From: Nanobdellota archaeon
Lineage (GTDB): Archaea; Nanobdellota; Nanobdellia; Pacearchaeales; GW2011-AR1
Direction: 5' to 3'
Assembly (NCBI GenBank): GCA_038045185.1
Contig: JBBSYO010000007.1
Coordinates: forward strand, 18 to 64,017
Length of the DNA stretch: 64,000 nt
Part shown: positions 17,973-26,613 of the stretch, piece after piece
Layout of the letters: every line of letters starts with the position of its first letter
Position numbering within the stretch: position 1 is the first letter of the stretch
Made by a program: the position numbers and the translations under genes
The notes under the pieces: generated by a model
Database searches by the model: none
What the model was told of the DNA's origin: nothing
Seen by the model: the letters and a program-made list of their open reading frames with translations, nothing else

Positions 17973-18587
17973 CTACAATCTTCCTTCATCTTCCCGCCTA
18001 TCAATCTCGTTATTCACCACAGCCACAGTTTGAGAAGCAAAATACGTGCGCTTTCCAATTGATACAGGCGTGCAATATTGTTTAAGGCGCTTGAATTCCT
18101 TGTCAGGCAGACCGCGATGATCCCCGAGGATAAAAACAGGGTCTTTCTCAATATTTACCGTGCGGATATCCTCTCCATCAGCATCAAGAATGTATAAATT
18201 TCTTCTTTCTTTATCAAGTTCCTTCACAAGCTCCATAAAATTCTTCTTTTCAATCCAAAAACCAGGGAAGACCTCGCGCTTTTCTCCCTCGCGGTATTTA
18301 TACAACATTTTTTTCAACACTCCGGAAACATCCTTTTTTCCCAGATAGATTTTATCAATTCCTGTTTTGCCCTCAGTAACAGGCTGTAACTCCAAATGCT
18401 TTACAGGGTCAGGCGGACCTGCAAATAGCAAATGCAGCTTTGCATCGCTTCGTATTTTATGACTGAGGAAAAACACCCCTATTACTGTATGAACTGCGAT
18501 ATCAATTCTCCCTGCTTCCTGCAAGTCATCCCCGATGGCCGAGCCAGATGTCGGAGCTGTCCTCGAGTAATAAATAAACTCTCGCAT
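17973..18587 (-). CDS. trmY: tRNA (pseudouridine54-N1)-methyltransferase TrmY-like (SPOUT/DUF358)
   Basis: 204 aa with the MREFIYYSRTAPTSG...GRIDIAVHTVIGVFFLSHKIR...LLFAGPPDP pattern. Confidence 0.7.
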   Translation of the reverse strand: MREFIYYSRTAPTSGSAIGDDLQEAGRIDIAVHTVIGVFFLSHKIRSDAKLHLLFAGPPDPVKHLELQPVTEGKTGIDKIYLGKKDVSGVLKKMLYKYREGEKREVFPGFWIEKKNFMELVKELDKERRNLYILDADGEDIRTVNIEKDPVFILGDHRGLPDKEFKRLKQYCTPVSIGKRTYFASQTVAVVNNEIDRREDEGRL

Positions 18588-18688
18588 ACTATCTTCTAAG
18601 CGAGGTCTGCTTTAAATCTTTTGAATGTCGAAGTCTGCAGAATCCTGTTCCCAAGAAGGGTTAAAAAGCCCTCGTCCCTGAATGCAGG

Positions 18689-19285
18689 ATGATTCCCTTA
18701 AATTTACTCATTGAAGCGTTTGCACCCTACAAAATCCTCCTCCTAATACTTGGTTCAATATATCCTGGCGAAGAAGCTATCATACTTTTCTCTGTGCTTG
18801 CTGGGCAGGGACTCATCTCTCTCCCAGATGTCGTCGTTATCGGCGCACTTGGCATATTGCTGGTTGATAACCTTATATTTTGGCTTGCCAAGTCGCGCAT
18901 GTCCACACGTATTAAGCGTTGGCGTATCTTCTCAAAAAAATCACAGCGTCTGAGCATTATAATGCACAAGCTTCATAAGGAGAGTCCCTTCCTAATGCTT
19001 TTCATCACCAAATTTGTATACGGTATGCGCCACATCTCTGTCTTTTATCTTAGCCTGAAAGGAATGACCTGGAAACGTTTCTTCCTGTATGATGTTGGAG
19101 CATTCGCGCTCTGGGGGATAATCATGATACCTCTTGCTTGGCTCGCAGCACGCGGCTTTACCGTGGGTCTCCATATCGCTACAAGAATCGAAAGAATCCT
19201 GCTCATCGGCGTTTTAGTCGCTCTTGTCTTTTATCTGCTGGAATGGGTAATCAGAAATTGGATTATGAAGCCCAAATTTAATTGA
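18689..19285 (+). CDS. DedA/VTT-domain membrane protein
   Basis: 198 aa, multi-pass. The segment EEAIILFSVLAGQGLISLPDVVVIGALGILLVDNLIFWLAKS is DedA-like. Confidence 0.55.
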   Translation: MIPLNLLIEAFAPYKILLLILGSIYPGEEAIILFSVLAGQGLISLPDVVVIGALGILLVDNLIFWLAKSRMSTRIKRWRIFSKKSQRLSIIMHKLHKESPFLMLFITKFVYGMRHISVFYLSLKGMTWKRFFLYDVGAFALWGIIMIPLAWLAARGFTVGLHIATRIERILLIGVLVALVFYLLEWVIRNWIMKPKFN

Positions 19286-20120
19286 AAACAAATTCAGGCA
19301 CAGCAACAACATCCCCCGCATTAATGGCGCGTGCAATTTCCACAAAGAGTCCATTGCAGAAAACGCCAATATAAGTTCCTTTTTCCACCGTTATCTTCTT
19401 CTGCAGGTCATTTAGATGTATCGGCTTTCCCCTCAATATCTTGTCAAGGTTCTTATAATCTATTTCAACAACCTCAAAAGATTTGGCAATTATTTCTTCC
19501 GCGGGAATAATCATTTTTTTTAGAAAGCTGTCTTCGCCCGCCTTCCAGCGTGTTACTGCATCTTCAAAATCATACAAAGAGACACATTTTTCCTCTTGAA
19601 AGACCCCTGCCTTAATTCTCCGCAGCTCAAGCATATGCGCCTCGCCTATATTCTTTCCCAAATCATTTATCAAAGTGCGAATGTACGTGCCTGCTTCAAC
19701 GCCTGCTTCAAAAAGCACATCCTTCCCGTCCCGCTCTACAATCTTAAAATCATAAATTTCTCTTTCTCGCTCCGCGCGCTTCACGCTTGAGCGGACAGGC
19801 GGCAATTGAATAATTTTTCCGACGAATTTTCGCATCTCTTTCTTTAGTTTTTCACCATCAACGTCTTCATGCAGCCGCATAATGCCTACATAACGTTTAT
19901 CTTTTCTCATCAAATAAGGGGAAAGTCTGCACGCACGATTAATCGCAATCGGCAGCACGCCGGAAACAGCAGGGTCAAGAGTGCCCATAGGGCTTGTTTT
20001 TCTCACACCCAGCTTTCCCCGCACATAATCCGAAACCTGAAAGCTCGTCGGTCCGCACGGCTTGTCTATACTGATAAAAGAAAATTCGAGCAGACGTTTA
20101 AGTTCTACATCTTTGTTCAT
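19278..20120 (-). CDS. cbf5: Pseudouridine synthase Cbf5/TruB family (H/ACA RNP catalytic subunit)
   Basis: TruB catalytic region KPCGPTSF...GTLDPAVSGVLPI with a C-terminal PUA-like domain. ATG at 20120. Confidence 0.8.
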   Translation of the reverse strand: MNKDVELKRLLEFSFISIDKPCGPTSFQVSDYVRGKLGVRKTSPMGTLDPAVSGVLPIAINRACRLSPYLMRKDKRYVGIMRLHEDVDGEKLKKEMRKFVGKIIQLPPVRSSVKRAEREREIYDFKIVERDGKDVLFEAGVEAGTYIRTLINDLGKNIGEAHMLELRRIKAGVFQEEKCVSLYDFEDAVTRWKAGEDSFLKKMIIPAEEIIAKSFEVVEIDYKNLDKILRGKPIHLNDLQKKITVEKGTYIGVFCNGLFVEIARAINAGDVVAVPEFVFN

Positions 20121-20229
20121 CAAAACATAGACAACGTCTTTGTTTTAAACATTGCTGACGTAATTCAATGTGTATAAATAACACATAAATAACCACAAGT
20201 AAAGATTTAAATAGTGATTACTAATTTAT

Positions 20230-20571
20230 ATGTGTATGAAAATACGTAAGGAAGATATCATAAGGATAAATAGTGGATTTGGAGGAAGTTTAAGGGACGA
20301 CGCTAGTTTAGATTTTGCTCTAAGAATGCAGGAGAACAATAAGTTGGGTCCCTATAAGAAATTAGCATACTTATTAAGGGCAATTTTAGTCGACCACCCC
20401 TTTAGCGATGGCAATAAGAGAACCGCCAACTTCTTTATTTTTGCATTTGCTGATGAATATAACAAGCAGGTCAACAATGACCTAATCGCCCATCATATTT
20501 TATCAATAGCAAGCAAGAACATCACAGAAATCCGCGCAATAGAGGAGAGACTAAAAAATGCAATTAGATGA
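20230..20571 (+). CDS. doc: Doc (death-on-curing) family toxin
   Basis: 113 aa with the Doc-type Fic motif HPFSDGNKRTA. Confidence 0.8.
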   Translation: MCMKIRKEDIIRINSGFGGSLRDDASLDFALRMQENNKLGPYKKLAYLLRAILVDHPFSDGNKRTANFFIFAFADEYNKQVNNDLIAHHILSIASKNITEIRAIEERLKNAIR

Positions 20572-20776
20572 CAAGTTCTATAAGAAGATAATGAAGAAAG
20601 GAAAAGACGTATTTGAAATGCTCGAACAGTATGACAAGACGAGGGAATGGCCAATCGGAAGAAAACGTATAGATGTAACTCTTTCAAAAAGAACCATTCA
20701 AAGATTAAAGTTACTCGGGGCAAAACAGGGCAAGCCAATCTCGCGCATTATTGAAGAAGCAGTTGACAATCTTTAG
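20558..20776 (+). CDS. Ribbon-helix-helix protein downstream of doc
   Basis: 72 aa. RKRIDVTLSKRTIQRLKLLGAKQGKPISRIIEEAV is RHH-like. It overlaps the doc 3' end by 14 nt. Confidence 0.55.
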   Translation: MQLDDKFYKKIMKKGKDVFEMLEQYDKTREWPIGRKRIDVTLSKRTIQRLKLLGAKQGKPISRIIEEAVDNL

Positions 20777-21465
20777 ACAGCCCCTGCAAGATGCGCCTTT
20801 CTTTCTTTTTCAGGAAATCTCTCAATAGCATATCTTAGCATCGTCCTTGGCATCTTTTTATAATGCTGTTTCAAAAAACCCTTTAAAACCATTTCATCCC
20901 GCTTCCCAACCTCGCGCAGCATCCATCCACAAGCCTTGTGAATCAGGTCGTGCTTGTCAGCCAGCAGCATTTTAACTATTTTTAAGGTATCTTCAAATCT
21001 ATTATTTTTAATAAAACCAAACGTAGAAACTATAGAAATCCTTCGTTCCCACAGATTATTTGATTTTGCTAATCCACATAGAATGTCCTTATCTTTATCA
21101 AGCAAATAATCTCCAAGTATGTTGTGCGCAGTCAGGTCAACCAAGTCCCAATTATTAACATATTTAAGATTGGCGAGATAAAAATCAAATATACTTTTCC
21201 TGTCTGCAACATTTCTATTATATTGTTCGACTAAGATAAGTAGCGCTATCAGTCGTTCTTCGTGTATCTCTGATTTCAAATGGTCTGCAATCTCAATAAG
21301 AGGCAAATTAACAAATTTCTTTGCAATGAGCCTGCAATCAGGAACCGTTAACCCAATAAACACATCGCCCTCGCCATATTGTCCTTTGCCTGTCTTGAAA
21401 AATCTTTGTGATACGGCTGCCCGTGCGGGATTTGCATTCGCGCGTAACGCCTTCTTAAGATTCAT
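20773..21465 (-). CDS. DNA alkylation repair protein (AlkD-like HEAT-repeat glycosylase family)
   Basis: 230 aa. The N-terminal LRANANPARAAVSQRFFKTGKGQYGEGDVFIGLTVPDCRLIAKKF matches the family pattern. Confidence 0.75.
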   Translation of the reverse strand: MNLKKALRANANPARAAVSQRFFKTGKGQYGEGDVFIGLTVPDCRLIAKKFVNLPLIEIADHLKSEIHEERLIALLILVEQYNRNVADRKSIFDFYLANLKYVNNWDLVDLTAHNILGDYLLDKDKDILCGLAKSNNLWERRISIVSTFGFIKNNRFEDTLKIVKMLLADKHDLIHKACGWMLREVGKRDEMVLKGFLKQHYKKMPRTMLRYAIERFPEKERKAHLAGAV

Positions 21466-21494
21466 ATATAAAAATAGAATGGATAATTATAAAC

Positions 21495-22019
21495 TTACTT
21501 CTTCATCGCCATTCTGTGAATTTCAGGCGTCTTGGGCTTGGTAGTATGTTTATCTGCCTTTGTCTGCTGTTCTGCTAATCTTTCTTTCACGATAGCAGCA
21601 GACTGTTCTTTTTCCTGTTCAACCTTCTTCTCTTCAACAGTCTGCTCTTCTTTCTTTTCCTCTGCGGCAGAAGATTTCTTGTCTGACTTCTTGTGATGCC
21701 GCGCGTGCTTGCTCTGTATAAATCCAACATGCTTCGGAGTGTCAGCAAACGTCACATGCACTATATCTTTATCCTTGATAGCGCGGACTTTCACACGCGT
21801 CGGAGCATTGCGCGAGCCATGCGCCCAAATTTCATTATTCAGATAAATATCCACTTTTATTTTATCTAAATCGCGGTCATACACTTTCATGTGTCGCGCA
21901 ATAAACTCTTTGATTGCCACAATCGCCTTGCGCGTCCGCTTGTAGCTCGGAACTTTGGACCATTCCTTTTTCAGTGGAATAATGTATATTCTTTCAAGCG
22001 TTTGTTTTATTTCTGCCAT
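21495..22019 (-). CDS. rpl31e: Ribosomal protein L31e with long K/E-rich C-terminal tail
   Basis: ATG at 22019. The core is YIIPLKKEWSKVPSYKRTRKAIVAIKEFIARHMKV...NEIWAHGSRNAPTRVKV. A low-complexity tail of about 70 aa follows. Confidence 0.8.
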   Translation of the reverse strand: MAEIKQTLERIYIIPLKKEWSKVPSYKRTRKAIVAIKEFIARHMKVYDRDLDKIKVDIYLNNEIWAHGSRNAPTRVKVRAIKDKDIVHVTFADTPKHVGFIQSKHARHHKKSDKKSSAAEEKKEEQTVEEKKVEQEKEQSAAIVKERLAEQQTKADKHTTKPKTPEIHRMAMKK

Positions 22020-22347
22020 GTAAACTGCCCCCCGCAATCATTTCTAAATATTCTCGTGCTGAATTTCGATCCCCACATTTGCCACCTAATTGTATCTCCG
22101 CCGCCCTTTCATAATTTCTGGGTTCGGCTCCTTCACATTTATAATGCACCTTAACAATAGCGCCCCCCGCGTACCAAATATCTATTCCATCCGAACTATC
22201 TCGATGAATATGGCGGAGGAGTTCTTTACTTGTAGGGGTTCGCATTTCTTCATTAAGTCGTCTCATAATCTGAGCACCCACATCCATAGGTATCTCTGAG
22301 ATTACGTCCACTCCAAATTCCTGACTCATCTGTTCTATCGTTGCCAT
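21994..22347 (-). CDS. Hypothetical protein inside the r-protein operon
   Basis: 117-aa ORF between L39e and L31e. Its 3' end overlaps the L31e start. No motif was recognised. Confidence 0.35.
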   Translation of the reverse strand: MATIEQMSQEFGVDVISEIPMDVGAQIMRRLNEEMRTPTSKELLRHIHRDSSDGIDIWYAGGAIVKVHYKCEGAEPRNYERAAEIQLGGKCGDRNSAREYLEMIAGGSLHGRNKTNA

Positions 22348-22351
22348 GATA

Positions 22352-22570
22352 TTATCCTAAGTGTGTTTTGTGCGCACGGCGCGGTTTAATTTTCAGCTTT
22401 GTGCGTCTCCATGAGCGTCGCACAGCAGTAAGTTCCGAAGGATGCTTGCGCTTGCCTTTGCCATACGCACGTATGACTGCCCAAAACGGCGCCCATTTCG
22501 TGCGGCGCCCGTATACGCCCAGCACGACTTTTTTGTGATAAGATTGCGTCACTGTCGTCCTCCGTAACAT
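22352..22570 (-). CDS. rpl39e: Ribosomal protein L39e
   Basis: Very basic 72 aa protein. RRTKWAPFWAVIRAYGKGKRKHP...RRSWRRTKLKIK matches the eL39 pattern. Confidence 0.7.
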   Translation of the reverse strand: MLRRTTVTQSYHKKVVLGVYGRRTKWAPFWAVIRAYGKGKRKHPSELTAVRRSWRRTKLKIKPRRAHKTHLG

Positions 22571-22944
22571 GGAATAAGTCGAGGATTCATCGCCTCGGGA
22601 TTTAATAGACCTGCTTCAACCAGTCTGTCAGCATACTCAAGATGAACTCTGGGTTCGCATTCAACACTAAATTCACCTCGATCATAATCAAGCACCTCGA
22701 GCTTGTCGTATCTTCCATTTTTAATATATCCCACATGAAACTCTGTTCCGTCAGGCGTCACTCCTTTAAACGAATCCCATGTATTTTTTATTGGTAGCAC
22801 TCCAGGGGCCAAGCGCGTTACCAGCATGGCATCTCGGCTATCGCTATCCTCTAGAGATGCAGAACAATCAAATCGCGCAAATGGTTTCATACCTCTTCCG
22901 AACAAATATACATGTTTTTTTAGAGGAACCCTAAAAGTCTGCAT
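22549..22944 (-). CDS. Hypothetical protein inside the r-protein operon
   Basis: 131-aa ORF tightly packed between S19e (stop at 22946) and L39e. No motif was recognised. Confidence 0.4.
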   Translation of the reverse strand: MQTFRVPLKKHVYLFGRGMKPFARFDCSASLEDSDSRDAMLVTRLAPGVLPIKNTWDSFKGVTPDGTEFHVGYIKNGRYDKLEVLDYDRGEFSVECEPRVHLEYADRLVEAGLLNPEAMNPRLIPCYGGRQ

Positions 22945-22945
22945 A

Positions 22946-23353
22946 TTATTTCACACTCTCCAGCAATTGTTTTCCTTTAGGTGTAAGCTGTCTCCCTGCG
23001 CGCTTGCCCTTGGCTTTTTCAATATAACCTGCAGCTTCAGCCTGCTGTAAAATAACGCGAATAATCTTGCCCGCGCCCTTTCGGAACTCTGCTGGCTTCA
23101 TGCCGCGATTTTTCCTGTTTCCATATCTCGTTCGCAAGCGTTCAACACCTACAATGCCCCGTTTTTGCATTTGCCTTAATATGCTCGCCGTGCGTTTGTA
23201 CCAGAAATCAGAGTCATCAATCGGTCGCATTTTGCCTGCGCCGCTTTTCACAAGCGCAACCCACTCAGGCGGCGTGAAATCGCCTGATTGTTTCAAGAGT
23301 TTGGCTAATTCGATATTATGCGCCTGCGGATTAATATGTTGTGTATGTGTCAT
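22946..23353 (-). CDS. rps19e: Ribosomal protein S19e
   Basis: 135 aa. PPEWVALVKSGAGKMRPIDDSDFWYKRTASILRQM...GVERLRTRYG is the eS19 pattern. Confidence 0.85.
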   Translation of the reverse strand: MTHTQHINPQAHNIELAKLLKQSGDFTPPEWVALVKSGAGKMRPIDDSDFWYKRTASILRQMQKRGIVGVERLRTRYGNRKNRGMKPAEFRKGAGKIIRVILQQAEAAGYIEKAKGKRAGRQLTPKGKQLLESVK

Positions 23354-23386
23354 AGTCTAAGAAGTAAAAAAGACCCCTTATAAATC

Positions 23387-23641
23387 TTACCCACGTGCAC
23401 CGACTGCGGTTCGGCGCTTCCTGAGAATAATTGTGAACCCCACGATGGTACAGACAAAACTGCCCCCAATGCGTTGAGCTAACTGATTCGCGATTTCCTG
23501 AACCTTCTCCTTCGTAGGCGCTTGGCTTTTCAATACAGAAATGCGGATTACCTTATGCGTTTTAAACCCAAGCCGCAGGCTTTCAATCGCTCCTTCAGTG
23601 ATGCCAGACTTGCCAATCTGAAATTTCATGTAAGGGTTCAT
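23387..23641 (-). CDS. CRS1/YhbY-type RNA-binding protein
   Basis: 84 aa. FQIGKSGITEGAIESLRLGFKTHKVIRISVL...IVGFTIILRK matches the YhbY fold pattern. Confidence 0.7.
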   Translation of the reverse strand: MNPYMKFQIGKSGITEGAIESLRLGFKTHKVIRISVLKSQAPTKEKVQEIANQLAQRIGGSFVCTIVGFTIILRKRRTAVGARG

Positions 23642-24207
23642 GTGCTTACCGCCATATTTCCGGCAGGCAACGCAGCCATAAGTTCATCATGGCCCACGTT
23701 GTTATCAAGAATTACTTCGCACTGCGCAACAGCTACCTGCTTGTCTAAGTTGCCGGGAGAAATGCGCGCGAGCACTCGTGTAGCGCTCTGCAATGGTACT
23801 GCACGCAGCACACCTTTCTGTTTGGTAAGCACCAATTTGAGAGCAACTTCAATCTTTTTTACTTTTCCTTTAACGTGCCACATTCCAATCTTTGCTCCTT
23901 TAGGTTTGCTAAGCTGCTCGCAGGTAAAAATATCAACACTGGTTTTTTTGGCACGTGTCTTCCATGCTTGGCTGAAACACGCGGTGAAAATCGCAGTTTC
24001 TTTTAGTTCTTCATTGCTGACTTTCCCGCGTTCTTTTATAATCGCGCTAAACGGACTTCCGGGAGCACTCGTGTGCAACACATAATAACTTTGCTTCATG
24101 GCGAGCATATGCGTAAGCAGTTCATCATTTTGAGCGGCGTTTTTGCCTCCCACGACGAGAGTATTCTTCGAGGTATAAAACCAACGGTAACGAGCATAGT
24201 CTTTCAT
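23638..24207 (-). CDS. NFACT-R/DUF814 domain protein (Rqc2/FbpA C-terminal-like)
   Basis: 189 aa. VVGGKNAAQNDELLTHML...YYVLHTSAPGSPFSAII is the DUF814 signature region. Confidence 0.65.
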   Translation of the reverse strand: MKDYARYRWFYTSKNTLVVGGKNAAQNDELLTHMLAMKQSYYVLHTSAPGSPFSAIIKERGKVSNEELKETAIFTACFSQAWKTRAKKTSVDIFTCEQLSKPKGAKIGMWHVKGKVKKIEVALKLVLTKQKGVLRAVPLQSATRVLARISPGNLDKQVAVAQCEVILDNNVGHDELMAALPAGNMAVST

Positions 24208-24255
24208 ACAGCCAGCACAGAATGCATGTTTTTAAGGGTTTGGAACAGGAATAAA

Positions 24256-24813
24256 TCAGCAAACAGTTGATTTTACCAGACCAACACGCTTTATATCGAA
24301 GTCAAGCTCTTTTGTCGAGATAAGCTGCCCATTGCGTTTAATTTCTATCTTTGTAGTAAGCAGACCTTCGGCTGCGTCATTGGGCAGGTCAAAGCGTACA
24401 ATACGCTTTGGTTCACTGTCTCCTGGAGCAACACGGCCCTTCCATCCCAGTCCACCACGTGTCCAACTCTGTACTTCCTGATTGCTTGCATCTTCAGCTT
24501 CAAGACTTATAACATTGATTTCGTAATCAGCAGCTTGTTCAGCATTAATTCCGCAATAGGCCGAGTTCAGCTGACCAGGAACCATTTGCACAGCGTCGCC
24601 CACCGCCCCAATACATTCAATCTCTCCCTGAGACGAGCCAAACAACCGCGTTATCTCGCCGCGTACTTTGCTGTTGATGTCGCTCGTTAGTCCGAGTGCT
24701 CCGCACATAATATTGCGCACAAGAACCATTCCGATAATAAGCATGGTCACGCCCAGCACAAGAACGACAATCGTTCCAACCGATAGTTCAAGTGCGGCTC
24801 GTTTTGAGTGCAT
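24256..24813 (-). CDS. Membrane-anchored protein with possible class III (type IV pilin-like) signal peptide
   Basis: Trimmed to the internal Met (MHSKRAALELSVGTIVVLVLGVTMLIIG), which removes the overlap with the upstream gene. The remainder looks like an extracellular beta-rich domain. Confidence 0.4.
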   Translation of the reverse strand: MHSKRAALELSVGTIVVLVLGVTMLIIGMVLVRNIMCGALGLTSDINSKVRGEITRLFGSSQGEIECIGAVGDAVQMVPGQLNSAYCGINAEQAADYEINVISLEAEDASNQEVQSWTRGGLGWKGRVAPGDSEPKRIVRFDLPNDAAEGLLTTKIEIKRNGQLISTKELDFDIKRVGLVKSTVC

Positions 24814-24814
24814 G

Positions 24815-25117
24815 TTAAGAAAGTCCCCGCAGTTGTGGAATTGCAAGAGGATTTTGGGCAAAGTAAAAGGCAAGGATTATTGAAAGGATAAACAAAACAA
24901 TTCCGAGTATGACGCTTATGATTCCCAGGATTTTTCCTCTCCGTGACCAGACATTCTCTCCCTGCATTTTCTGTTTTTTGGAGAACACCAAACCTACAAT
25001 GCCTAACACAAGCCCAACGAGCGGATTACTGAAAAAAGCCAGCGCAATTCCAGTAACCCCCAGCGTCACGCTTGCAACACCAAAACTATTATCCGTCGTT
25101 AAACCCTCTTTCTTCAT
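24815..25117 (-). CDS. Small membrane protein (DUF4190-like)
   Basis: Two or three TM helices with Gly-rich segments (GVASVTLGVTGIALAFF, GLVLGIVGLVF). ATG at 25117. Confidence 0.5.
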   Translation of the reverse strand: MKKEGLTTDNSFGVASVTLGVTGIALAFFSNPLVGLVLGIVGLVFSKKQKMQGENVWSRRGKILGIISVILGIVLFILSIILAFYFAQNPLAIPQLRGLS

Positions 25118-25167
25118 GCTCACTCAAGAGCATTATCTTTTATAAATGTTCTTGTTAGAAAGCACAG

Positions 25168-25566
25168 TTAGAAAGCCGCGCGATAGGACATAACTACAAG
25201 GAGAATATTAATTAGATAAATGCCCGCGCATACAAGACAAAAGACGCGGATTTTGGCGTACTGCACATAAGCCAAATAAGCGCTTCCCAAAACTGCCAAC
25301 GCAGACAGCACAAGAATGTACCCTGTCTCTTGCATCAAAGAAAGTGCAAAAATAATAAGATAAAATATCATGCCGTATACAGAATTCGAGATTCCAAAAA
25401 TCGTTCCGTATTTGCTCGCGAATGTTTTACTACAGGAAACGTGGTCATTAATATCGCAGGCAGCGCGATACCCCTTTTTCTTGCCGGCGTATTGCTCAAC
25501 GTGGTGCGCATACACTGACAAACATAATCCTGCGAAAACAACAACGAGCAGAATCCACGAAATCAT
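25168..25566 (-). CDS. Vitamin K epoxide reductase (VKOR) family protein
   Basis: 132 aa, four TM helices. The loop Cys pair CDINDHVSC and the CLVC redox motif are both present. Confidence 0.7.
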   Translation of the reverse strand: MISWILLVVVFAGLCLSVYAHHVEQYAGKKKGYRAACDINDHVSCSKTFASKYGTIFGISNSVYGMIFYLIIFALSLMQETGYILVLSALAVLGSAYLAYVQYAKIRVFCLVCAGIYLINILLVVMSYRAAF

Positions 25567-25620
25567 GCTTGCTTTACATCAAAGCGATATTTAAAGATTC
25601 ACGTGTTCGATTCCCAAAAA

Positions 25621-25692
25621 TGGACGAGGAGGGAATCGAACCCCCGACACCACGAGCTTCAGTCGTGTGCTCTCCCACTGAGCTACTCGTCC
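25621..25692 (-). tRNA. tRNA-Phe (GAA)
   Basis: The reverse complement folds as a cloverleaf: acceptor GGACGAG/CUCGUCC, D arm GCUC...GAGC, anticodon arm CACGA-CUGAAGC-UCGUG, T arm GGGGG-UUCGAUU-CCCUC, discriminator A. Confidence 0.85.
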
Positions 25693-25707
25693 TTAGAAAG
25701 ATGAAGT

Positions 25708-26478
25708 TTAAGCGGTTTTAAATGCTTTGGATGTCAGAATACCAGTCAGCTTTTCTTGTTTTTCTCCTTCAAAACCAATCTCTTTGTGAAATATCAGAAC
25801 CGAGTTGGAAAAGATATACAGAACCATCGGTCGAGTAATTATTCCATCCTTTCTCATATTCTTTCTATTTATAATACTAATTTTGGAATCTATGTCAAAA
25901 TAATATTTCATTAGTCTAGAAATTTCATTAAAGAAATGCTTGCCGTCATTTAGATGTTGTTCAGACTTCCACATATGAAGTCTCACTTGAGGTATTCTTC
26001 TTCGAGGTTCATCCATAATGCTCCCTTCACAACTGAACAATCTCTGACAAAATCTTCTGAAATAGACTTTATTCGTTTTTATCCAATGAGGGATATCAAA
26101 TTTCTGTAAAACCTTCTGACCAGAAGGAACTCCGCATAAAAATAAGATGCGGGCAATTGGAGAGCAATTAAATGCAATATTATAAGTCTCGCCAAATCGA
26201 TTTGACAAACACTTTCTTATTTTTCCTTTAATACTAAATGCTTTATCCATCTCTAATTCGAAACGTCTCAATTCTTTAATGTGTTTTGAGGTGAAATCGA
26301 TTCTCCATTTTGGATCTCCCTGTAAATTACCATCGCCCATTAAATCCGCAACAATTCCGGCAAGAATCTCATTCGACTTAATAGGAAACAGACCCCCGTA
26401 TTTAACTAAGTGATTTATTCGATGTCCGCGTGTTTTATAAGTCTTTAAAAATTCTTTATACCTGAGTATGACCCCCAT
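25708..26478 (-). CDS. Double-motif LAGLIDADG endonuclease, apparently free-standing
   Basis: 256 aa. Motif 1 is LAGIVADLMGDGNL and motif 2 is FCQRLFSCEGSI. The gene ends 15 nt upstream of tRNA-Phe. Confidence 0.8.
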   Translation of the reverse strand: MGVILRYKEFLKTYKTRGHRINHLVKYGGLFPIKSNEILAGIVADLMGDGNLQGDPKWRIDFTSKHIKELRRFELEMDKAFSIKGKIRKCLSNRFGETYNIAFNCSPIARILFLCGVPSGQKVLQKFDIPHWIKTNKVYFRRFCQRLFSCEGSIMDEPRRRIPQVRLHMWKSEQHLNDGKHFFNEISRLMKYYFDIDSKISIINRKNMRKDGIITRPMVLYIFSNSVLIFHKEIGFEGEKQEKLTGILTSKAFKTA

Positions 26479-26613
26479 TAATTTATCTAATTCTAAATTA
26501 CTTAAATCTTCGCTATCAAGCTTTTAAAGGTTTAGCCCGCCCATTAAACCTGTAAGTCACTATATACATTTGAGTGCTATAATTGTTATAAATCCTGATG
26601 CTACTCCAATAAA

